From: Acidobacteriota bacterium
GTDB taxonomy: Bacteria > Acidobacteriota > Vicinamibacteria > Fen-336
Length of the DNA stretch: 64,000 nucleotides
Assembly: GCA_022340585.1 (NCBI GenBank)
Contig: JAJDNS010000190.1
Coordinates: forward strand, 4,130 to 68,129
Direction of reading: 5' to 3'
Part shown: positions 16,843 to 25,680 of the stretch, one piece after another
How positions within the stretch are numbered: the stretch's first letter is position 1
Layout of the letters: each line of letters starts with the position of its first letter
Notes under the pieces: model-generated
The model's database searches: none
What the model was told of the DNA's origin: nothing
What the model saw: only the letters and a program-made list of their open reading frames with translations
Translations under genes and position numbers: made by a program

Positions 16843-18794
16843 AGCCGCCCGTCGTCGGTCTCGGCCTCGAGGTGAAGGCGATCCGGGAACTCCGCGGCCC
16901 GCGCCCCGACGCGGTCCCAGTCCTCTTCCGAGTAGAAATCCCTGTGCAGCACCGCGTAGCCCACGCCGAGCTCCTCGAGCTCGCGCAGGCTGGCGAGGTC
17001 GGGGAAGGCGGTCAGGATCATGAACAGGCGCTGGTGGCGCGGAGGGACGATGCCGCTGTAGCCGTTCACGAGGGGCTGCCAGTGCGCCATCGAGTGGAGC
17101 ATGTAGTAGGAGTGCAGCCGCGCGGACCGGGTGGCGTCCGTGGGGTCGGGCACCGGGAACCCGGCGGCGGCGAACGGGCGTGGCCGCGTGGCCAGCTCCC
17201 GGTCGATGGCCGGGATGTCGATGCCATAGTCCCGCGCGCCGAGGGGGAACGCCGCGAGTTCGCCCACCAGGAGGACGACGGCGGCGGCGCCCACCCACAC
17301 GCCTCGCGGGGCCTTCAGGCCCCGGACGAGACGGTCGAGGCCCACCGCGGCGAGCACGCCGAGGGCCAGGAGCGTCAAGATCCCCAGACGCGAGGGGACA
17401 CGGATGAGGTCGAAGCCGGGCAGGATCCGGTAGAGCACCTTGTAGAGGATCCACTCCGGGCCCAGGGTGAGCCAGACCGAGAGGACGGCCAGGACGACGT
17501 AGAAGCCCGCGTCCAGGCCCATGCGCGTCTCGAGGAAGCGGCGGAGGGCCTCGCGCATCCGCACGAGGGGCGGGGCGAAGGCGAAGGGCCGGAGCCGTGC
17601 GACCCCGAGGCGCAGGACGACCAGCACGCCGAGAACGACGAAGGCCCGGTTCGCGTTACGGGCGGTGATCGTCGCGCCTCCCACCGTCCACCGGATGCCG
17701 CCCTCGACGTGGATCGCGAGGGCCGCCAGCGCAACGAGGACCACGGCCCCGTCGAGAACCTTCAGCCACCAGGGCGCCCCCGGAGCGGCGGGAGGAATCG
17801 CCGCTGTGACCTCGTCGCCGTCCCCGCCTCGTCGGCCGAACGCCAGCGCCGCGAGCAGGAGGGTGATCCAGCCCGGGAAGAGGTAGGCCTTCGCGTCCGC
17901 AACCTTCGCCTGGACGCCGGGGAACAGGGAGAGAAGCCACTCCTGTACGTGCGCGGGGGAGGCCAGAAAGCTCACGGCGTTGGGGACCCAGTCGTAGACG
18001 GCGCCGATGGTCCGGTGGAGGCCCACGTCGTGCTGAGCCCGCAGGTACGGGACCAGGAAGACGAGGTTCACGGCGAGGAGGAGGAGGCCCACGACGCCCA
18101 GGTCCCGGAGCATGCGCCCGGGGCCTGGCAGCTGGCCGAAGACCCAGTCGTAGAGGATGAGGGCTCCGAGGGCGAGGGTGAGGAAGAGCCCGCCGTGGCC
18201 GCTGCTGAGCGACTGGACGGTGAAGAACGCGGCCACGGCCACGAGGTCGCGGCGGTGCCGGTGCCGTGCGTAGAGGTGCATGAAGGCCAGGGCGAACGGG
18301 ATCCACTGGACGACGGCGACGTGGACCTGGGCCAGACGCACGAAGCGGGCGGGACCGAACGCGAAGACGACGCCGGCGGCCAGGGCGGCGACCGCACCCA
18401 CGCCCAGGCGCCGGGCCAGGTAGTAGGCCCCGAGCCCGGACAGGACGCAGGAGAGGAGGACGATCACGTTGAGGGCGAGGACGGGGTTGCCCGTGGCCAG
18501 CAGGGCCGGGGCCCCGAGGACCGCGCTGCCGATCAGGTGCTCGGAGTAGGCGAGGGTGCGAGGCTCGGGGAAGAAGATGTTGGCGTCGAAGATGGAGAGC
18601 GGCTGGTGCAGGAGGGCGTGCACGTCCCAGGAGATCGTCCAGAGGAAGAGTCGCGTGTCCGCCGACAGGGGCAGAGCCTTCGTGGCCGGGGCCAGGCTGA
18701 GAGGCGCGGCCAGGACGAGGGTGAGGAGGACGAACAGCAGACCCACGAAGACGAGCTCGCGGCCCCGCACGCCGCCGGGGGGCGCGGTGCTCAC
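16809..18794 (-). CDS. 661-aa polytopic membrane protein, paralog of 12497..15139 core (GT-C-like)
   Basis: GTG 18794 is preceded by GAGGGG. Motifs: FFPEPRTLAYSEHLIGSAVLGAP, SGLGAYYLARRLG, FAFGPARFVRL, VQSLSSGHGG, HWQPLVNGYSGIVPP. Its 3' end overlaps the convergent gene by 34 nt. Confidence 0.75.
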   Translation of the reverse strand: MSTAPPGGVRGRELVFVGLLFVLLTLVLAAPLSLAPATKALPLSADTRLFLWTISWDVHALLHQPLSIFDANIFFPEPRTLAYSEHLIGSAVLGAPALLATGNPVLALNVIVLLSCVLSGLGAYYLARRLGVGAVAALAAGVVFAFGPARFVRLAQVHVAVVQWIPFALAFMHLYARHRHRRDLVAVAAFFTVQSLSSGHGGLFLTLALGALILYDWVFGQLPGPGRMLRDLGVVGLLLLAVNLVFLVPYLRAQHDVGLHRTIGAVYDWVPNAVSFLASPAHVQEWLLSLFPGVQAKVADAKAYLFPGWITLLLAALAFGRRGGDGDEVTAAIPPAAPGAPWWLKVLDGAVVLVALAALAIHVEGGIRWTVGGATITARNANRAFVVLGVLVVLRLGVARLRPFAFAPPLVRMREALRRFLETRMGLDAGFYVVLAVLSVWLTLGPEWILYKVLYRILPGFDLIRVPSRLGILTLLALGVLAAVGLDRLVRGLKAPRGVWVGAAAVVLLVGELAAFPLGARDYGIDIPAIDRELATRPRPFAAAGFPVPDPTDATRSARLHSYYMLHSMAHWQPLVNGYSGIVPPRHQRLFMILTAFPDLASLRELEELGVGYAVLHRDFYSEEDWDRVGARAAEFPDRLHLEAETDDGRLYSLPAARPLE

Positions 18795-18915
18795 GCCTGC
18801 CCCTCGAGCCCGGGAGAGGGCGTGTGGCGTCGCGTCCGGGGCGAGCGTGGCATCGGGCCATCGGAGTCTATCTCATGCCCCCCTCGGGCGCGCCGAGCGC
18901 CTCCGAGGCCTGTGC

Positions 18916-18921
18916 TAGGCT
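18916..18921 (+). promoter_or_regulatory. extended -10-like TGcTAGGCT, 7 nt upstream of ATG 18929
   Basis: cctgtgcTAGGCTcgggcccATGgtc. Confidence 0.35.
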
Positions 18922-18928
18922 CGGGCCC

Positions 18929-21274
18929 ATGGTCCGGCGCGCCGGCTTCCCCGTGCTCCTCCTGGCGCTGGGCCTCGTCGCCGGCGTTCTGGTGGCGCGG
19001 GTCCCCCCCGACCTCGAGCGCACCGTCGTCACCCGCCGGCACCACACCTCCGACCCCCTGCACACCGCGGTGCTCCTCCGCTTCGACGTGGACAGCCTGC
19101 TCCATCACCCCACCCGGTACTTCCAACCCCCCTTCCTCTATCCCGACCCCAACCCCATGCGGGGAACGGAGCCGCTCATCGCCGAGGCCCTCCTGGCCGT
19201 CCCCTTCCGCCTGCTCCTGGGGGACCGTCCTGCTGGGGTGTTCACGTGGGTGAGGATCGTCACCCTGGCCCTTCTCACCTTCGCCACCGGGCTCATGCTG
19301 AAAGAGCTGGGGACGAGCCGCGCCCTGGCCCTCCTGGGGGGCGGCCTGGCGGTGCTGGTGGCGAGCACTCCTTTCTTCTTCGATCGACTCCAGGCCGTGT
19401 CCCTCCAGTGGCTGCCCCTGGGGATCTTCTTCGCAGCCCGGTACGGGAAGCGGGGACGCCTCCTGGACCTGGGGGCCTTCGGCGTGTGCGTTTTCCTGAC
19501 CATCCAGGCCAGCCTCTACACCACGGTCATGCTCCTCGCCGTCGTTCCCTTCCTCCTTCCCCTCGCCCGGCACGGGCTGATGGTCGACCGGAGACGGACG
19601 CTGTCCCTGGGGGGGGCGGCCCTGGCGGCGGGGGCGGTCTCGATCCTGGTGCTCTGGCCCTACCTCACCCGCCGCGGCGACATCGCGGTTTACTCCAGCG
19701 CGGCCTTCGTGGGGGAGAAGAGCTGGGGCGCCGCCGCCCTCAACGCCCTCCTCACCACGGCTCCGGAGTACGAGGCGAACCGCTGGCCCCCGTCCCCTCC
19801 CGCCCGATGGGGCGACGTGTACCCCGACGCCGCGGTCTACCCCGGTGCGGCCTTCGTGCTCATGGTCGCTGTGGTGGCGCTCCTCGCCCTCGTGGACGGG
19901 GTGAGAGCGCGCCGTGACGGGAGGGCGCCGCCGGGAGGGGTCGCCACGAGAGGCGCGCTGGCCCTGCTCCTCACGGCCTTCGTGGGGACGGTGGCGCACT
20001 CGGCCTGGGCCGGGCCCTCCTCGGCCACCCGATTCGCGGCCGGCGGGCTTCTGTGGGTCGTCCTCGTCGCCTGGTGGCTGCGGCTGGCCCGGTGGCCCCG
20101 GGTGGGGGACTCCGAGGGAGCCCTCCGACTCCTCGCCAGCGCCTCCTCCCTGGCCGCCCTGGTCCTGCTGTTCCTGAGCTTCGGCAGCCCGGTGCGCCTG
20201 GAGGCCTTCGGGCCGGGCTTTCTGGAGGGGCTCTTTCGTCCTCTCTCGTCGGTCTTCACGCCGCTGCGGGAGCTGCGGGAGCTGAAGCGCTTCCTCATGC
20301 CCGCGGGCTGGGCGGCAGTGGTGGCCTTCGTCCTCATGCTCGAGCTCCGCCTGCGTCGCCGGGCCCCCGCCGCGGCCGCCGTTCTTGCCACGGTGCTCCT
20401 CGCCCTCGGGTTGGGAGAGCGGCTGAGGGCCGACACCAGGAAGGTCTTCGTCCCGCCCCCTCCCGCTCCCTACGCGCTCCTCGAGGACTCCTCGGGAACC
20501 GGTGGGCTCCTCGAGCTGCCCTTCGAGCCGTGGGGCCAGGTGCGGTCTGTCCAGCGCATGCTGTGGCAGCCCTCCCACGGTCGTCCCATCGTCGCCGGCA
20601 AGACCGGGATCGATCCCGGCTGGTACACGCCGGCGCGCGAGGTCTTCAACGAGTTCCCGTCCGACGAGAGCGTGCGGCTGATGCGGACCTGGGGCCTCGA
20701 CAGCGTCCTCGACCACCGGCCCGACGCCGCACCGCTCGATGGGGCCACGTTGCCTGAAGGGGTCGTCCCGCGCGGCCGCCAGAGAGATCGGGGAGGCCGG
20801 CGGGAGTGGCGCCTGTACGACGTGCTGGGCTCCTCGCCCGCCCTGACCCCCGAGCCGACCCCCGGCCCGGGGACGTGGCGTCGGCCCGGGGGGGCGACGG
20901 GAGACGCGGCGGCACCCCCGGCGACCGATGGCTCACCGAGCACCGCGGGGGAGATCACGAGTCCAGACGGACTCGAGCTGCGGGCTCCCGACGAGGGGAT
21001 CGTGGTCGCCCTGGAGCTGGACTACGGCCCTGGCCGCTTCAATCGAGTGCCGCCCCAGCTCAGCGTGCTCGGTCTCGTGGACGGCGAATGGACGAATCTC
21101 ACCATGCCGCCGAGTGGCACGCTCCTGCGCGCGAGGGCGGCCGAACAGCTCCTGCGGCACCAGTCCGCTCGACTGGTGATCACACTGCAGCCGAGCGCGG
21201 CGCGGCGCCTGCGCCTCCTCTCGAGCCGGGTGCCCTGGGACCTTCCCGAGGTCCGTGTCCGCGTGCGCCCCTGA
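18929..21274 (+). CDS. 781-aa polytopic membrane protein, third paralog of the same family, with C-terminal beta-sandwich (discoidin-like) domain
   Basis: Inner ATG 18929 starts MVRRAGFPVLLLALGLVAGV. Motifs: YFQPPFLYPDPNPMRGTEPLIAEALLAVPF and SHGRPIVAGKTGIDPGWY. C-terminus: VVALELDYGPGRFNRVPPQLSVLGLVDGEWTNL...ARRLRLL. Confidence 0.7.
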   Translation: MVRRAGFPVLLLALGLVAGVLVARVPPDLERTVVTRRHHTSDPLHTAVLLRFDVDSLLHHPTRYFQPPFLYPDPNPMRGTEPLIAEALLAVPFRLLLGDRPAGVFTWVRIVTLALLTFATGLMLKELGTSRALALLGGGLAVLVASTPFFFDRLQAVSLQWLPLGIFFAARYGKRGRLLDLGAFGVCVFLTIQASLYTTVMLLAVVPFLLPLARHGLMVDRRRTLSLGGAALAAGAVSILVLWPYLTRRGDIAVYSSAAFVGEKSWGAAALNALLTTAPEYEANRWPPSPPARWGDVYPDAAVYPGAAFVLMVAVVALLALVDGVRARRDGRAPPGGVATRGALALLLTAFVGTVAHSAWAGPSSATRFAAGGLLWVVLVAWWLRLARWPRVGDSEGALRLLASASSLAALVLLFLSFGSPVRLEAFGPGFLEGLFRPLSSVFTPLRELRELKRFLMPAGWAAVVAFVLMLELRLRRRAPAAAAVLATVLLALGLGERLRADTRKVFVPPPPAPYALLEDSSGTGGLLELPFEPWGQVRSVQRMLWQPSHGRPIVAGKTGIDPGWYTPAREVFNEFPSDESVRLMRTWGLDSVLDHRPDAAPLDGATLPEGVVPRGRQRDRGGRREWRLYDVLGSSPALTPEPTPGPGTWRRPGGATGDAAAPPATDGSPSTAGEITSPDGLELRAPDEGIVVALELDYGPGRFNRVPPQLSVLGLVDGEWTNLTMPPSGTLLRARAAEQLLRHQSARLVITLQPSAARRLRLLSSRVPWDLPEVRVRVRP

Positions 21275-21278
21275 CCGA

Positions 21279-22229
21279 TCACCGGGGGTTGGCTGACGCG
21301 GGCCGGTAGTAGGCGGGCCGGGCGAGGACGTCGCCCTTCCGTCCGCGGAGCTCCACCTCGAGCTCGTGCCAGCCGGCGGTGTCGACCCCGGCGGGGGTGT
21401 AGCTGAGCACGTAGCGGGCGCGGATGTCGTGGAGGACGTCCAGGAAGCGCGCGGGGAGGTCGTCCGTCTTGCGGGCTCTCCACACCCGCCCCCCGGTTGC
21501 CCTCGTCACGTCCTCGAGGAAGTCGTCATCCGGGTCGCCGGGCTCCCGGGCGTCGACCGCATAGACCACCGCGCCGGAGCGACCGGCCGCCTCGACCACG
21601 TCCTCGCCCGAGAGCCAGCTGACGTTGTCCATGCCGTCGGAGAACACCACCACCGCGGAGCGGCGGGGACCGGCCTCGGGCAGGCGCAGGGCCACGTAGA
21701 CGGCGTCGTGGAGCGCGGTGCTCCCCCCACCCTCGACCGTGTCGAGGGCGAAGCGGACGCTGGGGATCGCGTGAGTCGCGGGAACGGCCACCACCACCGA
21801 CTGCTGGAAGCCCACCAGCGCGGCCCGGTCGACAGGGGAGAGACCATCGAGAAACGCTCCCGCCGCCTCCCGCAGGGCGTCGAGCTTGCTCCCCTTGACG
21901 CTCTCACTCAGGTCGAGCACGAGGAGGGCGTTCACGGGCGCCTCCTCGAAGGTGGTCGAGTGGAGCTGCTGGCGGACGCCGTTGTCGCGGAGCTCGAAGT
22001 TCTCGGCGCTGAGGTCCCGGACCGGCTCGCCCCTGCGGGTCACGAGGACCTCGACCCGCACCACCTCGACTTCGACCCCGAAGACCGGGGGCTTCTCCTG
22101 GGGACTGAACCGGCCTGCGGCCGGCTGCCCCGGCCAAGGCCCCGATTCCGCCACGGCGATCGTGTCCTTGGCGGGACTGAACCGGCCTGCGGCGAGGGCG
22201 GCGGACAGGAGGGCGAGCAGGAGGGTCAT
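21279..22229 (-). CDS. von Willebrand factor A (VWFA-related) domain protein, secreted
   Basis: ATG 22229 overlaps the upstream stop as ATGA. Signal peptide MTLLLALLSAALAAG. MIDAS-like LVLDLSESV...GGGSTALHDAV...VVVFSDGMDN. Confidence 0.8.
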   Translation of the reverse strand: MTLLLALLSAALAAGRFSPAKDTIAVAESGPWPGQPAAGRFSPQEKPPVFGVEVEVVRVEVLVTRRGEPVRDLSAENFELRDNGVRQQLHSTTFEEAPVNALLVLDLSESVKGSKLDALREAAGAFLDGLSPVDRAALVGFQQSVVVAVPATHAIPSVRFALDTVEGGGSTALHDAVYVALRLPEAGPRRSAVVVFSDGMDNVSWLSGEDVVEAAGRSGAVVYAVDAREPGDPDDDFLEDVTRATGGRVWRARKTDDLPARFLDVLHDIRARYVLSYTPAGVDTAGWHELEVELRGRKGDVLARPAYYRPASANPR

Positions 22230-23368
22230 CGCTCGCAGAGCTTCTCGTGGAGCGCCTCGAAGGGACGCCCCAGGCGCATCTCGGGCGGGCCGAACAGGTA
22301 CGCGTTCCATGGGTCGTCGCGCACCCAGGACCGGCTGCTCTCGAGGAAGAAGGCCACGAGGACCTCCCGGGCCGCCTCGTCGCCGGCGTGCCCCTCGAGG
22401 GCGTGAGCGAGGGCGACGTGGGCGACCTGGAAGTGGGGGGCGATCTCGATGGCCCGACGGTAGGCCTCGATCGCGGCCCGGGCGTCCTCGCGCTCCTCGT
22501 GCGCCTTGCCCAGGAAGAGCCAGGCGAGGGCGCGGCGGCCGGGGTCACCGGGTGTCTCGGCGACGGTCCTCAGGAGTGGTCGCGCCTCCTCCGCCCGCCC
22601 CCGACGGACGAGCACCCAGCCCAGGCGGAGCCGTGCCTCGAGAAGCGCGGGGTCGTCGTCGAGGGCTTCGCCGAAGTAGCGCTCCGCGTCGCGCAGCTCC
22701 TTGTCCAACCGGTGACCGCCCCGGATGACCGCCTCGGTCTCCCGGGCGCACCCGGCGAGGAGGCGCATCTGCGCGTCGTGGCCGTCGCTCCTCAGGGACT
22801 CGGCGGCCACCGCTCGAGCCGTATCCGGACGCGCCATGATGAGCTCCGCGGACGCGAGGGCCAGATAGAAGTCGCGGGGCCTCAGCCCCCGGGCCTCGCG
22901 AGGCCACGTGCCCTCGCGATACCGGTCCCGAAACCACCGGAGGAGCCCCAGCGCGGCCTTCACGTGCTCCTCGTGGCCGGTCCGCCCCAGGGCCAGACCC
23001 GTGTCCTGGCTCACCAGGACGGCGTGGGTGTGGAGCAGGAAGGCTCCCTGGGCGGTCCGCACGCGGGCCGCGGTCACACCGCCCGGGGATCTCTCGCACC
23101 AGTCGAGCAGGCGCCGCGTGGTCGACCTGATCCAGATGGGCCCCCAGCTCACAGCGGCCCGGACGGGGGTCTCGACGTCTCCCGACAGGTACCGCTCGAT
23201 GAGCAGGAGATGGGTCTCGAGATCGGGCCCGTAGTCCTCAGCGGTGGCGACACCCGTCGACGCGAGGACGACGAGGGCGGCGGCGCGGACAGCGCTGGCG
23301 GGAAGGACCCACCACTCGTGCACGGAAGCGTCACCCCCGAGGCTCAAAGCGGAATCTCCCCCGGACAT
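22226..23368 (-). CDS. TPR-repeat protein (start uncertain: 23368, 23323 or 23431)
   Basis: C-terminal TPR-like helices (ALLEARLRLGWVLVRRGRAEEARPLL; LFLGKAHEEREDARAAIEAYRRAIEIAP). Codons between 23431 and 23368 have poor third-position GC, so I prefer ATG 23368. Confidence 0.65.
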   Translation of the reverse strand: MSGGDSALSLGGDASVHEWWVLPASAVRAAALVVLASTGVATAEDYGPDLETHLLLIERYLSGDVETPVRAAVSWGPIWIRSTTRRLLDWCERSPGGVTAARVRTAQGAFLLHTHAVLVSQDTGLALGRTGHEEHVKAALGLLRWFRDRYREGTWPREARGLRPRDFYLALASAELIMARPDTARAVAAESLRSDGHDAQMRLLAGCARETEAVIRGGHRLDKELRDAERYFGEALDDDPALLEARLRLGWVLVRRGRAEEARPLLRTVAETPGDPGRRALAWLFLGKAHEEREDARAAIEAYRRAIEIAPHFQVAHVALAHALEGHAGDEAAREVLVAFFLESSRSWVRDDPWNAYLFGPPEMRLGRPFEALHEKLCER

Positions 23369-23416
23369 GCGTACCGCGTCCGGCCCGCCGGCGTCAACGA
23401 GTTGCGCGACTGCCGC

Positions 23417-23422
23417 TAGAAT
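23417..23422 (+). promoter_or_regulatory. -10-like TAGAAT, 20 nt upstream of ATG 23443 (short leader with GAGGTG Shine-Dalgarno)
   Basis: gccgcTAGAATcggtcccacGAGGTGaagacATG. Confidence 0.35.
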
Positions 23423-23442
23423 CGGTCCCACGAGGTGAAGAC

Positions 23443-25557
23443 ATGGTCGTAGCCCCGAGTCGCCCTCTTCGTATCCGCTCCGTGCTGATCGCCCTGCTCG
23501 TGTCGGTCCTGACCCCCGTGGCCCGAGGGGAGGTGGAGCGCATCGAGATCACATCGCGCTCGACCTTCGCCGCGGGCCGCGAGTTCGGCGACGTGGGCAC
23601 CTTCGAGAAGGTTCGTGGCCGCCTCTTCTACGCAGTGGATCCGGAGAACGCGGCCAACGCCCCGGTCGTGGACCTCGCTCTCGCCCCCCGAGGGGCGGAC
23701 GGACGGGTGCGGTTCTCCGGTGACTTCGTTCTCCTCAAGCCCGTGGACCTGCGGCGGGGCCGTCGCCGACTCCTGTACGACGTCAACAACCGGGGCAACC
23801 TCTACATGCTCCGCCATTTCAACGAAGCGGCGGCCAGCAACGACCCATCGGGGCCGGCGCACGCGGGGAACGGCTTTCTGATGGCGCAGGGCTACTCGCT
23901 CCTCTGGAGCGCCTGGAACTGGGACGTGCGGGCGGGGGACGACCGCCTGCAGATCGAGCTGCCCATCGCCACCGAGGCCGGGACCCCGATCCGGCAGCGC
24001 ATCGTGGCCGAGATCGTCAACAGCTCCGGGAGAGAGGCGCACCCCTCGATGCCTCTGGCCTGGGGCAACAGCCGGTGCTACCCGGCCCTCGACGCCAGCG
24101 ACAACTCGGAGGCGGTCCTGACCGTGCGCGACGCGCCCCGGGGTGAGCGCACGCGCATCCCGAACGACGCCTGGAGCTTCGCCCGAGACGAGGACGGTGT
24201 CGCAGTACCCGACCCGACGTCGCTGCGGGTCGAGGGAGGGATCGCCCCGGGACGGATCTACGAGCTCGTCTACGAGACGCAGAACCCTCGCGTCGTCGGT
24301 CTGGGACTGGCCGCGGTGCGCGACGCGATCTCTTTCTTCCGCTTCGACGGTGCCGACCGTCTGGGAACGCCGAACCCCTTGGCGCTGCGCGACGAAGCCG
24401 GGGGCTGGACGCCCGCCGTCGACCACGCGTACATCTTCGGCGTCTCCCAGTCGGGTCGCTTCATCGCCCACATGCTGTGGCAGGGCTTCCACGTGGACGA
24501 GGCGGATCGGATGGTCTTCGACGGCGCCCGCATCCACGTGGCGGGCGGGGGCAAGGGTGGCTTCAACCACCGCTTCGCCCAGACCACCCACCATCCGAGC
24601 CACCTCGAGGGCAACCTGATGCCCGCCGACCACCCGCCCTTCAACTACCTCCCGGACGGCTCGTCCCCGGAGAACGACGTCCTGGCCGAGGCGAAGCGGC
24701 TCGGCCAGGTGCCGAAGATCCTCATCACCAACAACGCTCTCGAGTACTGGACCCGCTCGGCCTCCCTGGTCCACACCGACCAGACGGGAACGCGCGACGT
24801 CCGCTTCCATCCTCACGTGCGCTACTACATGACCAACGGCGTGCCCCACGGCGGGGCCTGGACCCGGGCACGGACCCTCACCGAGCACGAGCGCAATCCC
24901 CTTGACGTCCATCCCCTGCAGCGCGCGCTGCTCGTCGACCTCGACCGCTGGGTGAGCGGGGGCGTCGAGCCGCCCCCGAGCCGCTACCCCCGCATCGACA
25001 GGGGCGAGCTGATCACGGCGGCGGAGCACAGGGCCCGATTCCCGGCGATCCCCGGCCTGCGTCACCCGGGCCGGAACCTTCAGCCGCCGCGGGTCGACTA
25101 CGGCGACGAGTTCTGGACGAAGGGGATCTTCACCGTCGTGCCCCCGAGGCCGGGGCCCGCCTACCCGACGCGCGTTCCCGCCTTCGACGAAGACGGGAAC
25201 GGTGTCGGCGGGATCCGCCTGCCCGAGCTCGAGGCGCCGCTGGGTACCTACCAGGGCTGGAACCCCAGGAGGGCCGAGTTCGGGGCTCCCGAGTACCTGA
25301 TGCGGTTCGACGGCTCGTTCTGGGCTTTTCCCGTCACCGAGGCCGAGCGAGAGCAGACAGGAGACCCGCGCCGCGCGGTCGAGGACCGGTACGCGACGAA
25401 GGAGGACTACGTCGCCCGCGTCGGGGCGGCGGTGCGGAAGCTCCTCGAGGAGCGCTTCCTCCTTCCGGACGACGCCGCGGCCGACAACGAGCTGGCGCGC
25501 CGGATTGCCTGGCCCCCGAGGCCCATCGACGGCGCGCCGTACTGGCTGCTCGAGTAG
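23443..25557 (+). CDS. secreted 704-aa protein of unknown function, possibly alpha/beta-hydrolase-like
   Basis: Signal peptide ...LLVSVLTPVARGE. It has good codon bias and non-repetitive composition. IFGVSQSGRFIAHML is a nucleophile-elbow-like motif. The functional call is weak. Confidence 0.6.
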   Translation: MVVAPSRPLRIRSVLIALLVSVLTPVARGEVERIEITSRSTFAAGREFGDVGTFEKVRGRLFYAVDPENAANAPVVDLALAPRGADGRVRFSGDFVLLKPVDLRRGRRRLLYDVNNRGNLYMLRHFNEAAASNDPSGPAHAGNGFLMAQGYSLLWSAWNWDVRAGDDRLQIELPIATEAGTPIRQRIVAEIVNSSGREAHPSMPLAWGNSRCYPALDASDNSEAVLTVRDAPRGERTRIPNDAWSFARDEDGVAVPDPTSLRVEGGIAPGRIYELVYETQNPRVVGLGLAAVRDAISFFRFDGADRLGTPNPLALRDEAGGWTPAVDHAYIFGVSQSGRFIAHMLWQGFHVDEADRMVFDGARIHVAGGGKGGFNHRFAQTTHHPSHLEGNLMPADHPPFNYLPDGSSPENDVLAEAKRLGQVPKILITNNALEYWTRSASLVHTDQTGTRDVRFHPHVRYYMTNGVPHGGAWTRARTLTEHERNPLDVHPLQRALLVDLDRWVSGGVEPPPSRYPRIDRGELITAAEHRARFPAIPGLRHPGRNLQPPRVDYGDEFWTKGIFTVVPPRPGPAYPTRVPAFDEDGNGVGGIRLPELEAPLGTYQGWNPRRAEFGAPEYLMRFDGSFWAFPVTEAEREQTGDPRRAVEDRYATKEDYVARVGAAVRKLLEERFLLPDDAAADNELARRIAWPPRPIDGAPYWLLE

Positions 25558-25669
25558 CCGATCCGCCCCGGGAGACCTCGCGACGCTGGACGGCCACGGG
25601 GTTCGCGGTGATGGTCGCTCCTGGGGCCCTCGCCGAGCCTGCCTGCTGAACGAGAGGCCACCGGTCAGA

Positions 25670-25675
25670 TAGAAT
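25670..25675 (+). promoter_or_regulatory. -10-like TAGAAT, 5 nt upstream of GTG 25681 and 8 nt upstream of ATG 25684 (candidate leaderless)
   Basis: ggtcagaTAGAATgcgcgGTGATGgaa. Confidence 0.4.
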
Positions 25676-25680
25676 GCGCG

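Noticed and set aside
10516-20716. Other long ORFs inside the island: 10516..12432 (+), 13168..15165 (+), 11453..13474 (-), 13739..15031 (-), 14761..16224 (-), 16872..19253 (+), 17656..18861 (-), 18791..20716 (-)
   Set aside because: All are antisense or off-frame to the hydrophobic multi-helix proteins I call. Their translations are dominated by Arg/Gly/Pro/Glu/His and contain neither hydrophobic helices nor motifs. The chosen frames show strong third-position GC and sensible TM periodicity.
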